Origin: Candidatus Multivorans sp.
Lineage (GTDB): Bacteria > Acidobacteriota > Thermoanaerobaculia > Multivoradales > Multivoraceae
Direction of reading: 5' to 3'
Assembly: GCA_965247095.1 (NCBI GenBank)
Contig: OZ251997.1
Coordinates: 702,517-766,516 of the forward strand
DNA length: 64,000 bases
Shown: one piece after another, positions 49,051 through 58,050 of the stretch
Position numbering within the stretch: the stretch's first letter is position 1
How the letters are laid out: the number at the start of each line of letters is the position of its first letter
Notes under the pieces: model-generated
What the model saw: the letters and a program-made list of their open reading frames with translations, nothing else
Told to the model about the DNA's origin: nothing
Database searches by the model: none
Made by a program: the position numbers and the translations under genes

Positions 49051-49248
49051 GTGGCGCGGGGCTTCTACCGGCAGGTAGTCCAGCAGTTGTCGTTGCTCGG
49101 CTTTGAGCACATCAAGGGAGGCAAGGGCTCCCACGAGAAGTGGATTTCGGCGGCCGGAGAAAAGACACTGACGGTGCCGAGACGGCTCAAGAGTCGGCAC
49201 ACGGCAAACAACATCCTGAAGAGCGCCGGAAGCACCAAACGGCTCTGA
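49051..49248 (+). CDS. hicA: HicA-family mRNA interferase toxin
   Basis: ..LGFEHIKGGKGSHEKW.....TVPRR..K..TANNILKSAG follows the HicA (YcfA) pattern. The start is GTG. Confidence 0.75.
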   Translation: MARGFYRQVVQQLSLLGFEHIKGGKGSHEKWISAAGEKTLTVPRRLKSRHTANNILKSAGSTKRL

Positions 49249-49252
49249 GCCG

Positions 49253-49930
49253 TCAGCGGTTCGCCGCGAAGCGACGTCCGACGATCCCGAAGAACGCCGA
49301 CACGAACCGGAACGTCAGGCCCCACACGACGTGCCGCTCGGGCTCGCCGACGACGACGCCGGGGAAGCTCACCTCGGGATAGGGCGGATGGCGGTAGTCG
49401 ATGACCCGGGAAGGATCCTCAAACCAGGCCAGCGGCACCCAGAACGCCTCGGCGACTTCGTAGTTCAGGATCAGGTTGTTGCCCGTGCCCGCGTCGACCT
49501 CGTAGACGAAGGCCGCGATCCGGAGCTGCCGTCCCTGGCCGGCACGTTGCCCCGCTTGGTCGTCGAGCCGGCCGATCAGACGGGCGCCTTCGAGGGACAG
49601 GCCGACCTCTTCGTCCGTCTCGCGCTTCGCGGTTGCCTCAAGGTCCTGATCGCTCTCGTCGTGGCGGCCGCCGGGAAGCGCCATTTGCCCCGACCAGGGA
49701 TCCCCGGGTACGCGCGCTCGTTCGATGAACAACGCCTCAGGGCCCTCGGCCGATGGGCGAAGAACCATCGCGACACTGGCCTCGAACTCGGCCGGCGGGC
49801 GGATGAGGGCCTCGTGAGCCGCCAGCCGGCGGCGGATCGTGATGAGGTCGAGTGGGCCGGCGGGCTCGGCGGCGTCTTCGTAGCTTGCCGGTGCGACGGT
49901 GGCGTCGGGTGAGTGTGTTCTTGGCCGCAC
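49253..49930 (-). CDS. NUDIX hydrolase (CoA-pyrophosphatase-like)
   Basis: The Nudix box is GGRHDESDQDLEATAKRETDEEVGL. The start is uncertain; GTG 49930 is proposed, and the tracked ORF to 50059 would run into the vapB promoter. Confidence 0.7.
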   Translation of the reverse strand: MRPRTHSPDATVAPASYEDAAEPAGPLDLITIRRRLAAHEALIRPPAEFEASVAMVLRPSAEGPEALFIERARVPGDPWSGQMALPGGRHDESDQDLEATAKRETDEEVGLSLEGARLIGRLDDQAGQRAGQGRQLRIAAFVYEVDAGTGNNLILNYEVAEAFWVPLAWFEDPSRVIDYRHPPYPEVSFPGVVVGEPERHVVWGLTFRFVSAFFGIVGRRFAANR

Positions 49931-50043
49931 GATGGCGGTACCTTCGCACACTCCCGGGCTGAAGGTGTTCTTCCCCTCCAGCGGGCTTGACGAGTTGCTC
50001 GGCTTGGAGGGGCGACTGCGGCGCAAGCTAGCGCTCCGGAGCA

Positions 50044-50072
50044 TTGACATGTTCTCCACATGAAACTAGTGT
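50044..50072 (+). promoter_or_regulatory. sigma70-like promoter candidate for vapBC (TTGACA-17 nt-TAGTGT)
   Basis: TTGACA (50044-50049), a 17-nt spacer, then TAGTGT (50067-50072). The first vapB ATG at 50080 lies about 7-8 nt downstream. Confidence 0.35.
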
Positions 50073-50079
50073 CTTGCAC

Positions 50080-50310
50080 ATGGACAAGATGCTTCAGATC
50101 CGGAACGTTCCAGATGATGTCCATCGCCAGTTGAAGTCTCGGGCCGCCCGTGAAGGCGTCTCGATGTCGCACTTCGTCTTGCGAGAAATCGAGCGGATCC
50201 TTCAGCGACCCAGTCAGGAAGAGTTGCTGGCCGCGATCGCGCGGCTACCCGAAGTGACGCCCAAGGAGTCGCCGGCGGACGTTCTGCGCGAAGTGCGTGA
50301 CGCTCGTTGA
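50080..50310 (+). CDS. vapB: VapB/FitA-like ribbon-helix-helix antitoxin
   Basis: MLQIRNVPDDVHRQLKSRAAREGVSMSHFVLREI follows the Arc/FitA-type antitoxin pattern. The start is ATG 50080 or 50089. Its stop overlaps the vapC start (TTGA). Confidence 0.8.
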   Translation: MDKMLQIRNVPDDVHRQLKSRAAREGVSMSHFVLREIERILQRPSQEELLAAIARLPEVTPKESPADVLREVRDAR

Positions 50311-50696
50311 CGGTGCTCGATGCGTCCGCTGCCATTGAACTCTTGATGGGCGGGCCGCGCGGACGGCGGCTGAACGCTCGCCTTCGCTTAGAGCCGGTAG
50401 TCCAGGCTCCCCACCTGATCGATGTCGAAATAGCCCACACACTGCGACGGTACGTCTTGCGGGGAGAGTTCAGCGGCCAATGGTGCTCCAGCGCCCTGGA
50501 TCGTTGGCAGGATCTGCGGGTGGATCGGTACGGGCATCTACCCTTCCTCAACCGGATCTGGCAGCTTCGTCACAACGTCTCGGCCTACGACGCGGTCTAC
50601 GTCGCGCTCGCTGAGGCGCTCTCGACGGTGGTGTTGACGGCGGACCGACGGCTCGCCGACGTTCCGGGGCTCGAAGGGCGAATCGAACTCATCTGA
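50307..50696 (+). CDS. vapC: PIN-domain ribonuclease toxin VapC
   Basis: VLDASAAIELL carries the first acidic residue, ..YDAVYVALAE.. and ..VLTADRRL.. are present. Size and layout are typical of VapC. Confidence 0.8.
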   Translation: MTVLDASAAIELLMGGPRGRRLNARLRLEPVVQAPHLIDVEIAHTLRRYVLRGEFSGQWCSSALDRWQDLRVDRYGHLPFLNRIWQLRHNVSAYDAVYVALAEALSTVVLTADRRLADVPGLEGRIELI

Positions 50697-50777
50697 CGGC
50701 GACTTGAGTCGGGTGTGCTCCGCGGTGGACCAAGCCTGGCAGCCAGATCGGGCTCCTCAGGTTCTGCTCCGGTCGTC

Positions 50778-51884
50778 CTATGCGCCGAACGTCGCCTGTA
50801 GCCAGGCGATCAGGACCTGGTTGAACTCCTCGGGCTTCTCCTGCTGGGTCCAGTGGCCGCAGTCCTTGATCGTGTGCTTGTCGATGTTCGGCACCAGCGC
50901 TTCGATGCCGTCGGCGGAGGAGGGAGGCAGGACGACGTCGTTCTCGGCGCCGATGTAGAGGCAGGGCTGCTCGATCTTCTCGCCTTTGTCCTTCATCAAC
51001 TCCCAGTTGCGGTCGATGTTGCGGTACCAGTTGACGCCGCCGGTGAAGCCGGTACGTTCGTAGGTGGTGACGAAATGGGCCAGTTCTTCCTCGGTGAGCA
51101 GGAGTTCGCCGCGCAAGTCGTCTGCCGTTCCGTGCTTGATGATCTTAAGCAACTGGAACTTCCGCTCCGGCGCGTCGGCCGGGAGCTTGTTGAAGGCTTC
51201 GGCATCCCACGTGCCGCGGCGCATGAAGGTGCGGAAGGACTTCTCCGTATCCGCCTCGAGCACCTCTTCCGCCTTGTAGGGCTCCTGGAAGGCGACGACG
51301 TAGTTGTCCTCGCCGCGTACGCGGCGGAGGATCTCGATCGGCGCTACGGGCGGTTGGAGGCCGGTGGGCGTGTTCATGCCGACGACGCCGAGGACGCGGT
51401 CCGAGTGCAGCCGCGGCATCGCCCAGACCACGGCGCCGCCCCAGTCGTGGCCGACGAAGACCGCCTTCTCGATCCCCCGGGCGTCGAGGAGCCCGACCAG
51501 GTCGGCGCACAACTCGGCGATGTTGTAGGCCTTGATCGCCAGTGGACGCTGGGTGTTGCCGTAGCCCCTCTGATCGGGCGCCAGGACACGGAAACCGGCT
51601 GCCGACACCACCGGCAACTGGTGGCGCCAGGAGTAGGCGAGTTCCGGGAAGCCGTGGCTGAAGACGATCGGCACGCCTTCGGTGCCCGCCTCGTAGACGG
51701 CCATCCGCAGGCCGCCGTTGGTGCGGATGTAGTTGGGGTCGGGCCAGGTCGGGGCCTCGTGTTCGGCGGCCGCTGAGGTTCCCGCCTTCGTGGCGAGCGC
51801 GGCGACGCCCACGGCCGAACCGGCGATCAGGGTACGTCGGGTCATCGGTGCGTCGGAGTCGCTGGAATCGTCGTGCGTGGTCAT
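50778..51884 (-). CDS. Tat-exported alpha/beta hydrolase, epoxide-hydrolase-like
   Basis: The twin-arginine motif is TRRTLIAG. HGFPELAYSWRHQ (HGxP), APDQRGYG, and VGHDWGG (nucleophile elbow) are present. Confidence 0.8.
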   Translation of the reverse strand: MTTHDDSSDSDAPMTRRTLIAGSAVGVAALATKAGTSAAAEHEAPTWPDPNYIRTNGGLRMAVYEAGTEGVPIVFSHGFPELAYSWRHQLPVVSAAGFRVLAPDQRGYGNTQRPLAIKAYNIAELCADLVGLLDARGIEKAVFVGHDWGGAVVWAMPRLHSDRVLGVVGMNTPTGLQPPVAPIEILRRVRGEDNYVVAFQEPYKAEEVLEADTEKSFRTFMRRGTWDAEAFNKLPADAPERKFQLLKIIKHGTADDLRGELLLTEEELAHFVTTYERTGFTGGVNWYRNIDRNWELMKDKGEKIEQPCLYIGAENDVVLPPSSADGIEALVPNIDKHTIKDCGHWTQQEKPEEFNQVLIAWLQATFGA

Positions 51885-52021
51885 GGCGGGGAATGGTAGC
51901 TGAGCGGCACAGCCCTCTCGCCCTCGGGCTTCAGCCTGTCCCGGACTCCGCGTTCGCCAGTGGAGGTGCCAGGCCGAATGGGATGCGAGGAAGCTGGCGC
52001 GACATGGTAGTAGAAGAGGCC

Positions 52022-52354
52022 ATGAAGAGCTTATATCTGATCCTGTGTGTTCTCGGTACGGTGCTGCCCTGGTGGCAGCTCCAGCAGTTCTTCTTCGACG
52101 TGGGCGGTTTCGATCTGCTCGCCTTCGTCGGCGCGGCGGCAGAGAATCCGGTCGCGGCGGGTTTCAGCATCGACATCGTGATCTCGTCGGTCGTGTTCTG
52201 TACGTTCATATTTGGAGACGGTCGGCGGCGCGGCATGACCAACCTGTGGGTCTACGTCGCCGCGAACCTGCTGGTCGGGCTCTCCCTGGCGCTGCCGCTC
52301 TACCTCTATCGCCGCACCGTGGCCATCGAGGCGGAGCGCGTCTGGGCGGCCTGA
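52022..52354 (+). CDS. DUF2834 small membrane protein
   Basis: MKSLYLILCVLGTVLPWWQ..FSIDIVISS..LALPLYLYRR follows the DUF2834 pattern. The tracked ORF upstream of 52022 overlaps the neighbouring gene's start. Confidence 0.7.
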   Translation: MKSLYLILCVLGTVLPWWQLQQFFFDVGGFDLLAFVGAAAENPVAAGFSIDIVISSVVFCTFIFGDGRRRGMTNLWVYVAANLLVGLSLALPLYLYRRTVAIEAERVWAA

Positions 52355-52375
52355 ACTGAGCGGCGTTCGCCCGAA

Positions 52376-52864
52376 TCAGGAGCCCGACGGCCAGGGTTTT
52401 GTACGGATCACCCGCCCAACGTCGCCGGGACCGGCGATCCTGCGCTGAACCTGCAGGACCTCGCCCATTCGCTCGTGGATCTCGGGCGGGAATGGCGTGC
52501 TGCGGCGCGTGTCCAGATCGATGTGGATGCTCAGCAGCTCGTGCGTCGCGGCGACGTACCCCTCGTCGGCGTGCACCATGCGCATGAAGGTGTGGTACTT
52601 CTTGTCGTCGAAGCCGAGCAGCTCCGCTTCGACGATGATCGGCGCGCCCTCGGGCAACTCCCTCAGCCAGGTGAGGTGGCTGTCGATCGAGAAAGTCGAG
52701 CGCCGGTTTGACTTGCGGTAGGTCCGATCGACGCCCAGGAACGCGGTCCAGGGGCCGGTTGCGTCGTCGAACACGACCAGGTAGTAGCCGGCATTCATGT
52801 GGCCGTTGTGGTCGATCCACGCCGGAAGGACCGTTGCGGTCCAGATCTGCTGTGGGTCGGTCAT
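52376..52864 (-). CDS. hotdog-fold acyl-CoA thioesterase (4HBT-like)
   Basis: ..VLPAWIDHNGHMNAGYYLVVFDDA.. is a typical 4HBT-II/thioesterase N-terminal motif. The start is ATG 52864. Confidence 0.7.
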   Translation of the reverse strand: MTDPQQIWTATVLPAWIDHNGHMNAGYYLVVFDDATGPWTAFLGVDRTYRKSNRRSTFSIDSHLTWLRELPEGAPIIVEAELLGFDDKKYHTFMRMVHADEGYVAATHELLSIHIDLDTRRSTPFPPEIHERMGEVLQVQRRIAGPGDVGRVIRTKPWPSGS

Positions 52865-52871
52865 GCTGGCC

Positions 52872-53288
52872 TCACAGGACGCGGAAGCCCTCCCGCCGTG
52901 CGGCGGTGGAGAGTCGATCGTCACTGCAGACCAGGTCGAGCGTCTCCGGAACATCGGACGCAACCGTCAGCGCCGCAGCCAACTGTAGAGCGTCCGCGCC
53001 TCGCAGGCGGTGAAACCGGAGCAGCCTGACAGCACGCTGGCGCACCTCCTCGACGGGAGCAACCTCCAGCCAGTCGCCCGCTAGGAGACGAAGCTGGTCC
53101 ATGGGTTCGGCCATTCCGCCCTCCAGGCGGCCTTCGCGATCGAGACGGCTCAGCGCGGACGTGCACTCGATCACCGTGGCCCACCAAGTGACGAGTTCAG
53201 GGTCCTGTTCGAAGATGGCGCGACGTTCGGGCGTTCTGCGTTCGTCTACGAGCAACGACACGATGGCGGAGGAGTCCCAGTACTTCAG
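52872..53288 (-). CDS. vapC: PIN-domain toxin (VapC-like); conserved N-terminus is reachable only from a CTG start
   Basis: The tracked ORF starts at GTG 53261. The in-frame upstream codons read (CTG)-KYWDSSAIV, the canonical PIN N-terminus with the first catalytic Asp. CTG 53288-53286 overlaps the antitoxin stop as CTGA. ..GADALQLAAAL.. and ..LVCSDDRL.. are also present. Confidence 0.7.
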   Translation of the reverse strand: MKYWDSSAIVSLLVDERRTPERRAIFEQDPELVTWWATVIECTSALSRLDREGRLEGGMAEPMDQLRLLAGDWLEVAPVEEVRQRAVRLLRFHRLRGADALQLAAALTVASDVPETLDLVCSDDRLSTAARREGFRVL

Positions 53289-53584
53289 CGGCTTCCCCTG
53301 CGCTCGGCCACGACGATCTCGCTTGCGCTCAATCCCTCAGCCAGCTTGGGCAGCGGTCTACTGAGGAAGCGTTCCACGTCGATCCGCGCGCGCGGGGGCG
53401 TCGCGACCCCTCGACGGACGAGTTCCGCGGCCACCTCGTCCATCCTCATGTCGCCGAGTCGACAGGGCTCGATGCGTGCCACGGGCTCCCCGCGGTGAGT
53501 GATCAGGACGGTCTCACCGCGGCGGACATCGTTCAGCAGACTGCTGAACCCGTTCTTCGCTTCGCTGACGCTCGCTCGCTTCAT
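53285..53584 (-). CDS. Phd/YefM-family antitoxin
   Basis: MKRASVSEAKNGFSSLLNDVRRGETVLITHRGEPVARIEP matches the Phd/YefM N-terminal consensus. The start is ATG 53584. Confidence 0.8.
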   Translation of the reverse strand: MKRASVSEAKNGFSSLLNDVRRGETVLITHRGEPVARIEPCRLGDMRMDEVAAELVRRGVATPPRARIDVERFLSRPLPKLAEGLSASEIVVAERRGSR

Positions 53585-53882
53585 CTGGTTATTCTGGCCA
53601 TGTTGATCAGGCCTGTCAAGCCTCTTCGATCCGGTGTGATCCGAACGGCGAGGCCCTGGGGCGTGCGCAGTGCTTTCCAATCCTGAAATGAGCGTGAACG
53701 GGACCGTCATGGAGAGTCGAGTCGGGTCGGTCTCGGGGTAGTTCTGGGGCGGCAGACGGTTCTGCACCGTCTGCCGCCTAGGGTAGCGCCCGCTGCGAGG
53801 CCGCGGCGGTTGCGGGCGTTGTGTTCCGGCCTGGGCCGATGGTGTTGTGCGGTGTATGGCATCGGGCTGCGCGGTCTGCGGT

Positions 53883-55154
53883 TCAGGCGCTCCGGCGCCG
53901 GTGGGGATCGGACTCCCGGTCGATGAGTTCAAAGAGTCTGGCACGAGCCAGCTTGAGGGCGATCGCGGCGTCGAGGTCGCTCGTGGCGCCGGCCTGGTCT
54001 TGGAGGGCGGCGATGGTGACGCCGGGCCTGAGGTACCGCTCCGCGTCCGGCAGGGACTTGAGCTTCTCGAACGGCGTCATGGTGTCCTGGTAGCGGTAGC
54101 GTTTCCTGGTGCGGCCCTTCCTGTCGGTGACCTCGGTGGGAAACAGGCACGGGCGATGGAAGTTGAGGAAGGGGGTGAGCACATCGCGTGCGAAGACGTT
54201 GATCTCGCGGGCGAAGAGCTTGGGGATGTGCCGGTATCCGAACTGGCGCCGGATCACGTTGCCGTTCTTGCTCTCGACCAGGGCGTTGTCGTTGGTGTGC
54301 CGGCTGCGGGACTTGGTGAACTCGGGGACGTGCAGTTGGTTGAGCATCTCGGCGACCTTGCGGTTGATGTACTCGGAGCCGTTGTCGGCGTGGAAGCCCA
54401 GCACCTTGAAGGGGCAGGACTCGATGAGCTCCTTGAGCACCGGCACGAGACACCGTTGGGAGATGGCCCGTACCGTCGCCACGTGCTCCCACTGCAACAC
54501 CTCGTCCACGAGGTTGATGTGGTACACGCCCTTCTCGCCGTCTTTGTCCCCCTGATGCACCGTGTCCACCCGCAGGTAGCCCGGCTTCCCCTCCGGCTGG
54601 GGCTTGCGTCGTTCCCCGATCCCGACCGCGGTCGACCGCGTCTTCTTGAACGTCGTCCGGCGCCGCTGGTAGGTGGTCGACTTGCGCAGGTTGTAGAACT
54701 GGCCGTTCGAGATCACAGCCAGACGCTCGAAGCGCTCGTCGCCGTACACCTCGAACTGGCGCCGCATCACCGCCCGCGTGCTGTGACCGCACATCTGGCC
54801 CAGTGCCGCGTCGACCTCGGCGAGAAGGCCGATGTCGGCCTTCGTGTAACGCCGCCCGAATGCGTGAGGCGGCGCACCGCGGCGGTCCTCGATGCGGCCC
54901 GTCTCCCGGTGCTGCCGGATCAGCCGCGTCAACTGCGACTCGGACTTCCCGGTCATCTTCATCAGGTAGCGCCGAATCATGCCCTTGTCGCGCCTCACAA
55001 GCGCCCGGTAGCGGAACCTGACCAGCGTCTCACGGATGAACTCGTACGTCGATCCGCGGTCCACCACCACGAAGTCCACCGCCTCGTTGCCGGCCACGAA
55101 ACTGCGGACCTCACAAAGAGTCTGAAGTCGGCCTGTCTGGAGCGTCACGATCAT
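53883..55154 (-). CDS. DDE transposase / integrase (HTH + rve core)
   Basis: The DD(35-37)E triad is LRVDTVHQGD, GFHADNGSEYIN and NALVESKNG. GGAGG abuts ATG 55154, so GTG 55148 may be the true start. Confidence 0.85.
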   Translation of the reverse strand: MIVTLQTGRLQTLCEVRSFVAGNEAVDFVVVDRGSTYEFIRETLVRFRYRALVRRDKGMIRRYLMKMTGKSESQLTRLIRQHRETGRIEDRRGAPPHAFGRRYTKADIGLLAEVDAALGQMCGHSTRAVMRRQFEVYGDERFERLAVISNGQFYNLRKSTTYQRRRTTFKKTRSTAVGIGERRKPQPEGKPGYLRVDTVHQGDKDGEKGVYHINLVDEVLQWEHVATVRAISQRCLVPVLKELIESCPFKVLGFHADNGSEYINRKVAEMLNQLHVPEFTKSRSRHTNDNALVESKNGNVIRRQFGYRHIPKLFAREINVFARDVLTPFLNFHRPCLFPTEVTDRKGRTRKRYRYQDTMTPFEKLKSLPDAERYLRPGVTIAALQDQAGATSDLDAAIALKLARARLFELIDRESDPHRRRSA

Positions 55155-55182
55155 CCTCCGATGATCCCCGATACCGGCGCTT

Positions 55183-55237
55183 CACGCTCACTTCTCGCTG
55201 GATTCACGCACCCCGCTCACGCTCACTTCTCGCTGGA
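55183..55237. repeat. two direct 20-bp copies CACGCTCACTTCTCGCTGGA (55183-55202, 55218-55237) at the IS end
   Basis: I read this directly from the sequence. The TTCACGC sub-motif also recurs at 55181 and 55203. These are plausibly subterminal transposase-binding sites. Confidence 0.7.
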
Positions 55238-55459
55238 CAGCTCTTGCGCTTGACACGGTGAGCCCGAGCGCGCACAATCCGCGCTCACCCCCTTTTCCTG
55301 AGCCGCTCCCTTCCGGGCTGGCACCGCGCGAAGAACCGCGACATGACTCACCGGACACACGCCTCGTCTCTGCTCAAGCGGCTGCACAAGCCGGGCGCGA
55401 AGCCCCGGCTCCAGGACTGGGCGCCTTACCCATAGAGTTCCTTCGTAGATAGACCTTTC

Positions 55460-55495
55460 GGCCGGCCGTCCAGTTCTGGGCGCGCCGGCCTTTTT
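55460..55495 (+). terminator. intrinsic-terminator-type hairpin + T5 in the leader of the homocitrate-synthase operon (candidate attenuator)
   Basis: GGCCGGC-CGTCCA-GTTC-TGGGCG-(C)-GCCGGCC forms 13 bp with one bulge, followed by TTTTTG. It ends 22 nt before ATG 55517, and the GAGGAG RBS lies between. Confidence 0.6.
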
Positions 55496-55516
55496 GTCGG
55501 TAGAGGAGCAAAGTTC

Positions 55517-56698
55517 ATGGCCTCTCATCCAGCAACCGTCGACTCCCATCCGGCGATCATCGAATCGACCCTTCGCGAAGGCGAGCAGTTCGCCAACGCC
55601 TTCTTCGACAGTGAGCAGAAGGTGGAGATCGCGTCCCTGCTCGACGCGTTTGGGGTCGAGTACCTCGAGCTCACTTCGCCGGCGGCCAGCCGTCGCAGCC
55701 GGGACGACTGCGAACGCGTGGCGAAGCTCGGGCTCCGCGCGAAGGTGCTGACCCACACCCGCTGTCACCTGGGCGACGCGAAGCTGGCCCTCGAAACCGG
55801 CGTCGACGGCATCGACGTCGTGTTCGGCACCTCCCGCTACCTGCGGGAGTACTCGCACGGCAAGAGCATGAACGAGGTGATCGAGACCGCGGTCGAGGTC
55901 GTCGAGTACATTCGGTCGCACGATGTCGAGGTCCGCTTCAGCACCGAGGACTCGTTCCGCAGCGAGCTGGCCGACCTGATCCGCGCCTACCGGGCCGTGA
56001 ACGCCGTCGGCGTGAACCGCGTGGGCGTCGCGGACACCGTCGGCGTCGCGAGTCCCCGGCAGGTCTACGACCTGGTTCGCCGGCTGCGCCAGGAAGTGGA
56101 CTGCGATATCGAGTTCCACGGCCACAACGACACCGGTTGCGCGGTGGCCAACGCGTTCTGCGCCCTGGAGGCGGGGGCGACGCACGTCGACACGTCGGTG
56201 CTCGGGATCGGCGAGCGGAACGGCATCACGCCGCTCGGGGGCCTGGTGGCGCGCCTCTACGCGGAGGATCCGGAAGCGATTCGCGCGCGCTACGACCTGC
56301 CGCTGCTGCGCGAGATCGAGAACTACGTCGCCTCCCTGGTCGAGGTCGACGTGCCGTTCAACAACTACATCACCGGCTACACGGCGTTCACGCACAAGGC
56401 GGGCATTCACGCGAAGGCGATCCTCAACGATCCGTCGAGCTACGAGATTCTCGATCCGGCGGACTTCGGGCTCGACCGGTACGTTCACGTCGCCCACCGG
56501 CTGACCGGGTGGAACGCGATCAAGTCCCGCGTCGAGCAGTTGCGGCTCGAGCTCAGCGATGCGCAGATCAAGGAAATCACCGCGCACATCAAGGCGCTGG
56601 CGGACGAGAAGCCGCTCAGTCTCTCGGACGTGGACACGCTGCTGCGCAACTACCACACGGCGGCGCCGGCGCCGGCGGTCGCCGGAGCGACCGGGTGA
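55517..56698 (+). CDS. homocitrate synthase-like (short-form 2-isopropylmalate/homocitrate synthase lacking the LeuA regulatory domain)
   Basis: [63 protein letters not shown] and [11 protein letters not shown] are present. At 393 aa it resembles Thermus/fungal HCS as I recall them. Confidence 0.8.
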   Translation: MASHPATVDSHPAIIESTLREGEQFANAFFDSEQKVEIASLLDAFGVEYLELTSPAASRRSRDDCERVAKLGLRAKVLTHTRCHLGDAKLALETGVDGIDVVFGTSRYLREYSHGKSMNEVIETAVEVVEYIRSHDVEVRFSTEDSFRSELADLIRAYRAVNAVGVNRVGVADTVGVASPRQVYDLVRRLRQEVDCDIEFHGHNDTGCAVANAFCALEAGATHVDTSVLGIGERNGITPLGGLVARLYAEDPEAIRARYDLPLLREIENYVASLVEVDVPFNNYITGYTAFTHKAGIHAKAILNDPSSYEILDPADFGLDRYVHVAHRLTGWNAIKSRVEQLRLELSDAQIKEITAHIKALADEKPLSLSDVDTLLRNYHTAAPAPAVAGATG

Positions 56699-58050
56699 GC
56701 GAGTCCGGTCGGCCGGCCGACACCGCCCGCGCCTTCGCGCAGAAGGCTCTGGCCCGGGCCAGCGGCCTGGAGACGGTGGCGGTCGGCGAGATCGTTGACG
56801 CGCGTCCCGACATCGTGCTCAGCCACGACAACACGGCGCCGATCGCCGAGATCTGGCGGCAGTTCGGGCAGTCGCGGGTCGCGATTCCGGAGAGGATGGC
56901 CGTCACCCTCGACCACGCGGTGCCCGCGCCGACCGTGCGTCACGCCCAGAACCACGCAGAAGTTCGCGCCTTCGTCGCCGAGCAGGGCGTGGGCCACTTC
57001 TTCGAAATCGGTCGCGGCATCTGCCACCAGGTCCTGAGCGAGGAGGCGATTGTGCTGCCGGGCGACACCATCCTCGGCTCGGATTCCCATACCCCGCACT
57101 TCGGCTGGCTGGGGGCGTTCGGCGCCGGCGTCGGCCGCAGCGAGATGGCCGTGCTGTGGGCCACCGGCGAACTCTGGCTGCGGGTGCCGGAGTCGCTGCG
57201 AATCCGGCTCGAGGGCGTGCTCGGCGAGTGGGTGACGACGAAGGACGTGGCGCTGACGCTGATCGGCGACCTGGGCGCCGACGGCGCGCTCTACCGCAGC
57301 GTCGAGTTCAGCGGTCCGGGGATCGCGACCCTGAGCCTCGACTCCCGCGCGGCACTGGTCAACATGATGGCCGAGATGGGGGCCAAGAACGCCTGGATGC
57401 CGCCGGACGGGGCTGTGTTCGACTACCTGGCGGAGCGTCTCATCGCGCGTCCGGGCCGGCGCCCGGGCCGCGGTGCTGAGTCGGGCGAGACCGCGGCCGA
57501 GGTTGCGGCGCGACTTGAGGAGCGGGCCCTCTACCCCGATCCAGACGCTGAATACGCGGCCGAGCACCGGCTCGATCTGTCCACGGTGGAACCCCGGGTG
57601 GCGCGCCCGCACCAGGTGGACGACACGGTCCCGGTCGGGGAACTCGATTCGGTACGGGTGGGCCAGGCGTTCATCGGCACATGCACGAACGGCCGCCTTG
57701 AGGATCTCGGCGCGGTTCACCGGGTGATGGCGGGGCGGCGCACCGCTCCGGGCACCCGGATGGTCATCGTCCCGGCCTCGAGCGAGGTCTGGAGCGAGGC
57801 CCTGGCGCGCGGCTGGGTGGCCGACCTGGCGGCCGCCGGCGCCGTCTTTGGGACCCCGGGCTGCGGCCCGTGCATGGGCAACCACCTCGGCGTGCTGGCG
57901 CCGGGCGAGGTCTGCATCTCGGGCGCCAACCGGAACTTTCAGGGGCGGATGGGCGACCGCGGCGCGGAGATCTACCTCGCATCGCCCGCCGTCGTCGCGG
58001 CGAGCGCCGTCGCCGGCCGGATCGTCCACCCGCGGGAGGTGGTCGGGTGA
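56695..58050 (+). CDS. homoaconitase / 3-isopropylmalate dehydratase large subunit (archaeal-type aconitase family)
   Basis: GTG 56695 overlaps the preceding stop (GTGA). [25 protein letters not shown], and [16 protein letters not shown] (Fe-S Cys ligands), NRNFQGRMG are present. Confidence 0.85.
   Translation: MSESGRPADTARAFAQKALARASGLETVAVGEIVDARPDIVLSHDNTAPIAEIWRQFGQSRVAIPERMAVTLDHAVPAPTVRHAQNHAEVRAFVAEQGVGHFFEIGRGICHQVLSEEAIVLPGDTILGSDSHTPHFGWLGAFGAGVGRSEMAVLWATGELWLRVPESLRIRLEGVLGEWVTTKDVALTLIGDLGADGALYRSVEFSGPGIATLSLDSRAALVNMMAEMGAKNAWMPPDGAVFDYLAERLIARPGRRPGRGAESGETAAEVAARLEERALYPDPDAEYAAEHRLDLSTVEPRVARPHQVDDTVPVGELDSVRVGQAFIGTCTNGRLEDLGAVHRVMAGRRTAPGTRMVIVPASSEVWSEALARGWVADLAAAGAVFGTPGCGPCMGNHLGVLAPGEVCISGANRNFQGRMGDRGAEIYLASPAVVAASAVAGRIVHPREVVG

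Larger units (their letters stand above)
53681..55237 (-). mobile_element. insertion sequence with a single rve-type DDE transposase (family not assigned); ends approximate
   Basis: The low-coordinate end TCCTGAAATGAGCGTGAA resembles the inverse of the high-coordinate TTCACGCTCACTTCTCGCTGGA. Two 20-bp direct copies sit at the high end. No clear target duplication was found, so the boundaries are uncertain by tens of bp. Confidence 0.55.

Noticed and set aside
55343-55435. The 30-codon ORF in the operon leader, considered as a bona fide leader peptide feature.
   Set aside because: It has no visible RBS, only three dispersed Lys codons, and no tandem regulatory codons. It is kept as a hypothesis inside the leader finding, not annotated as a CDS.
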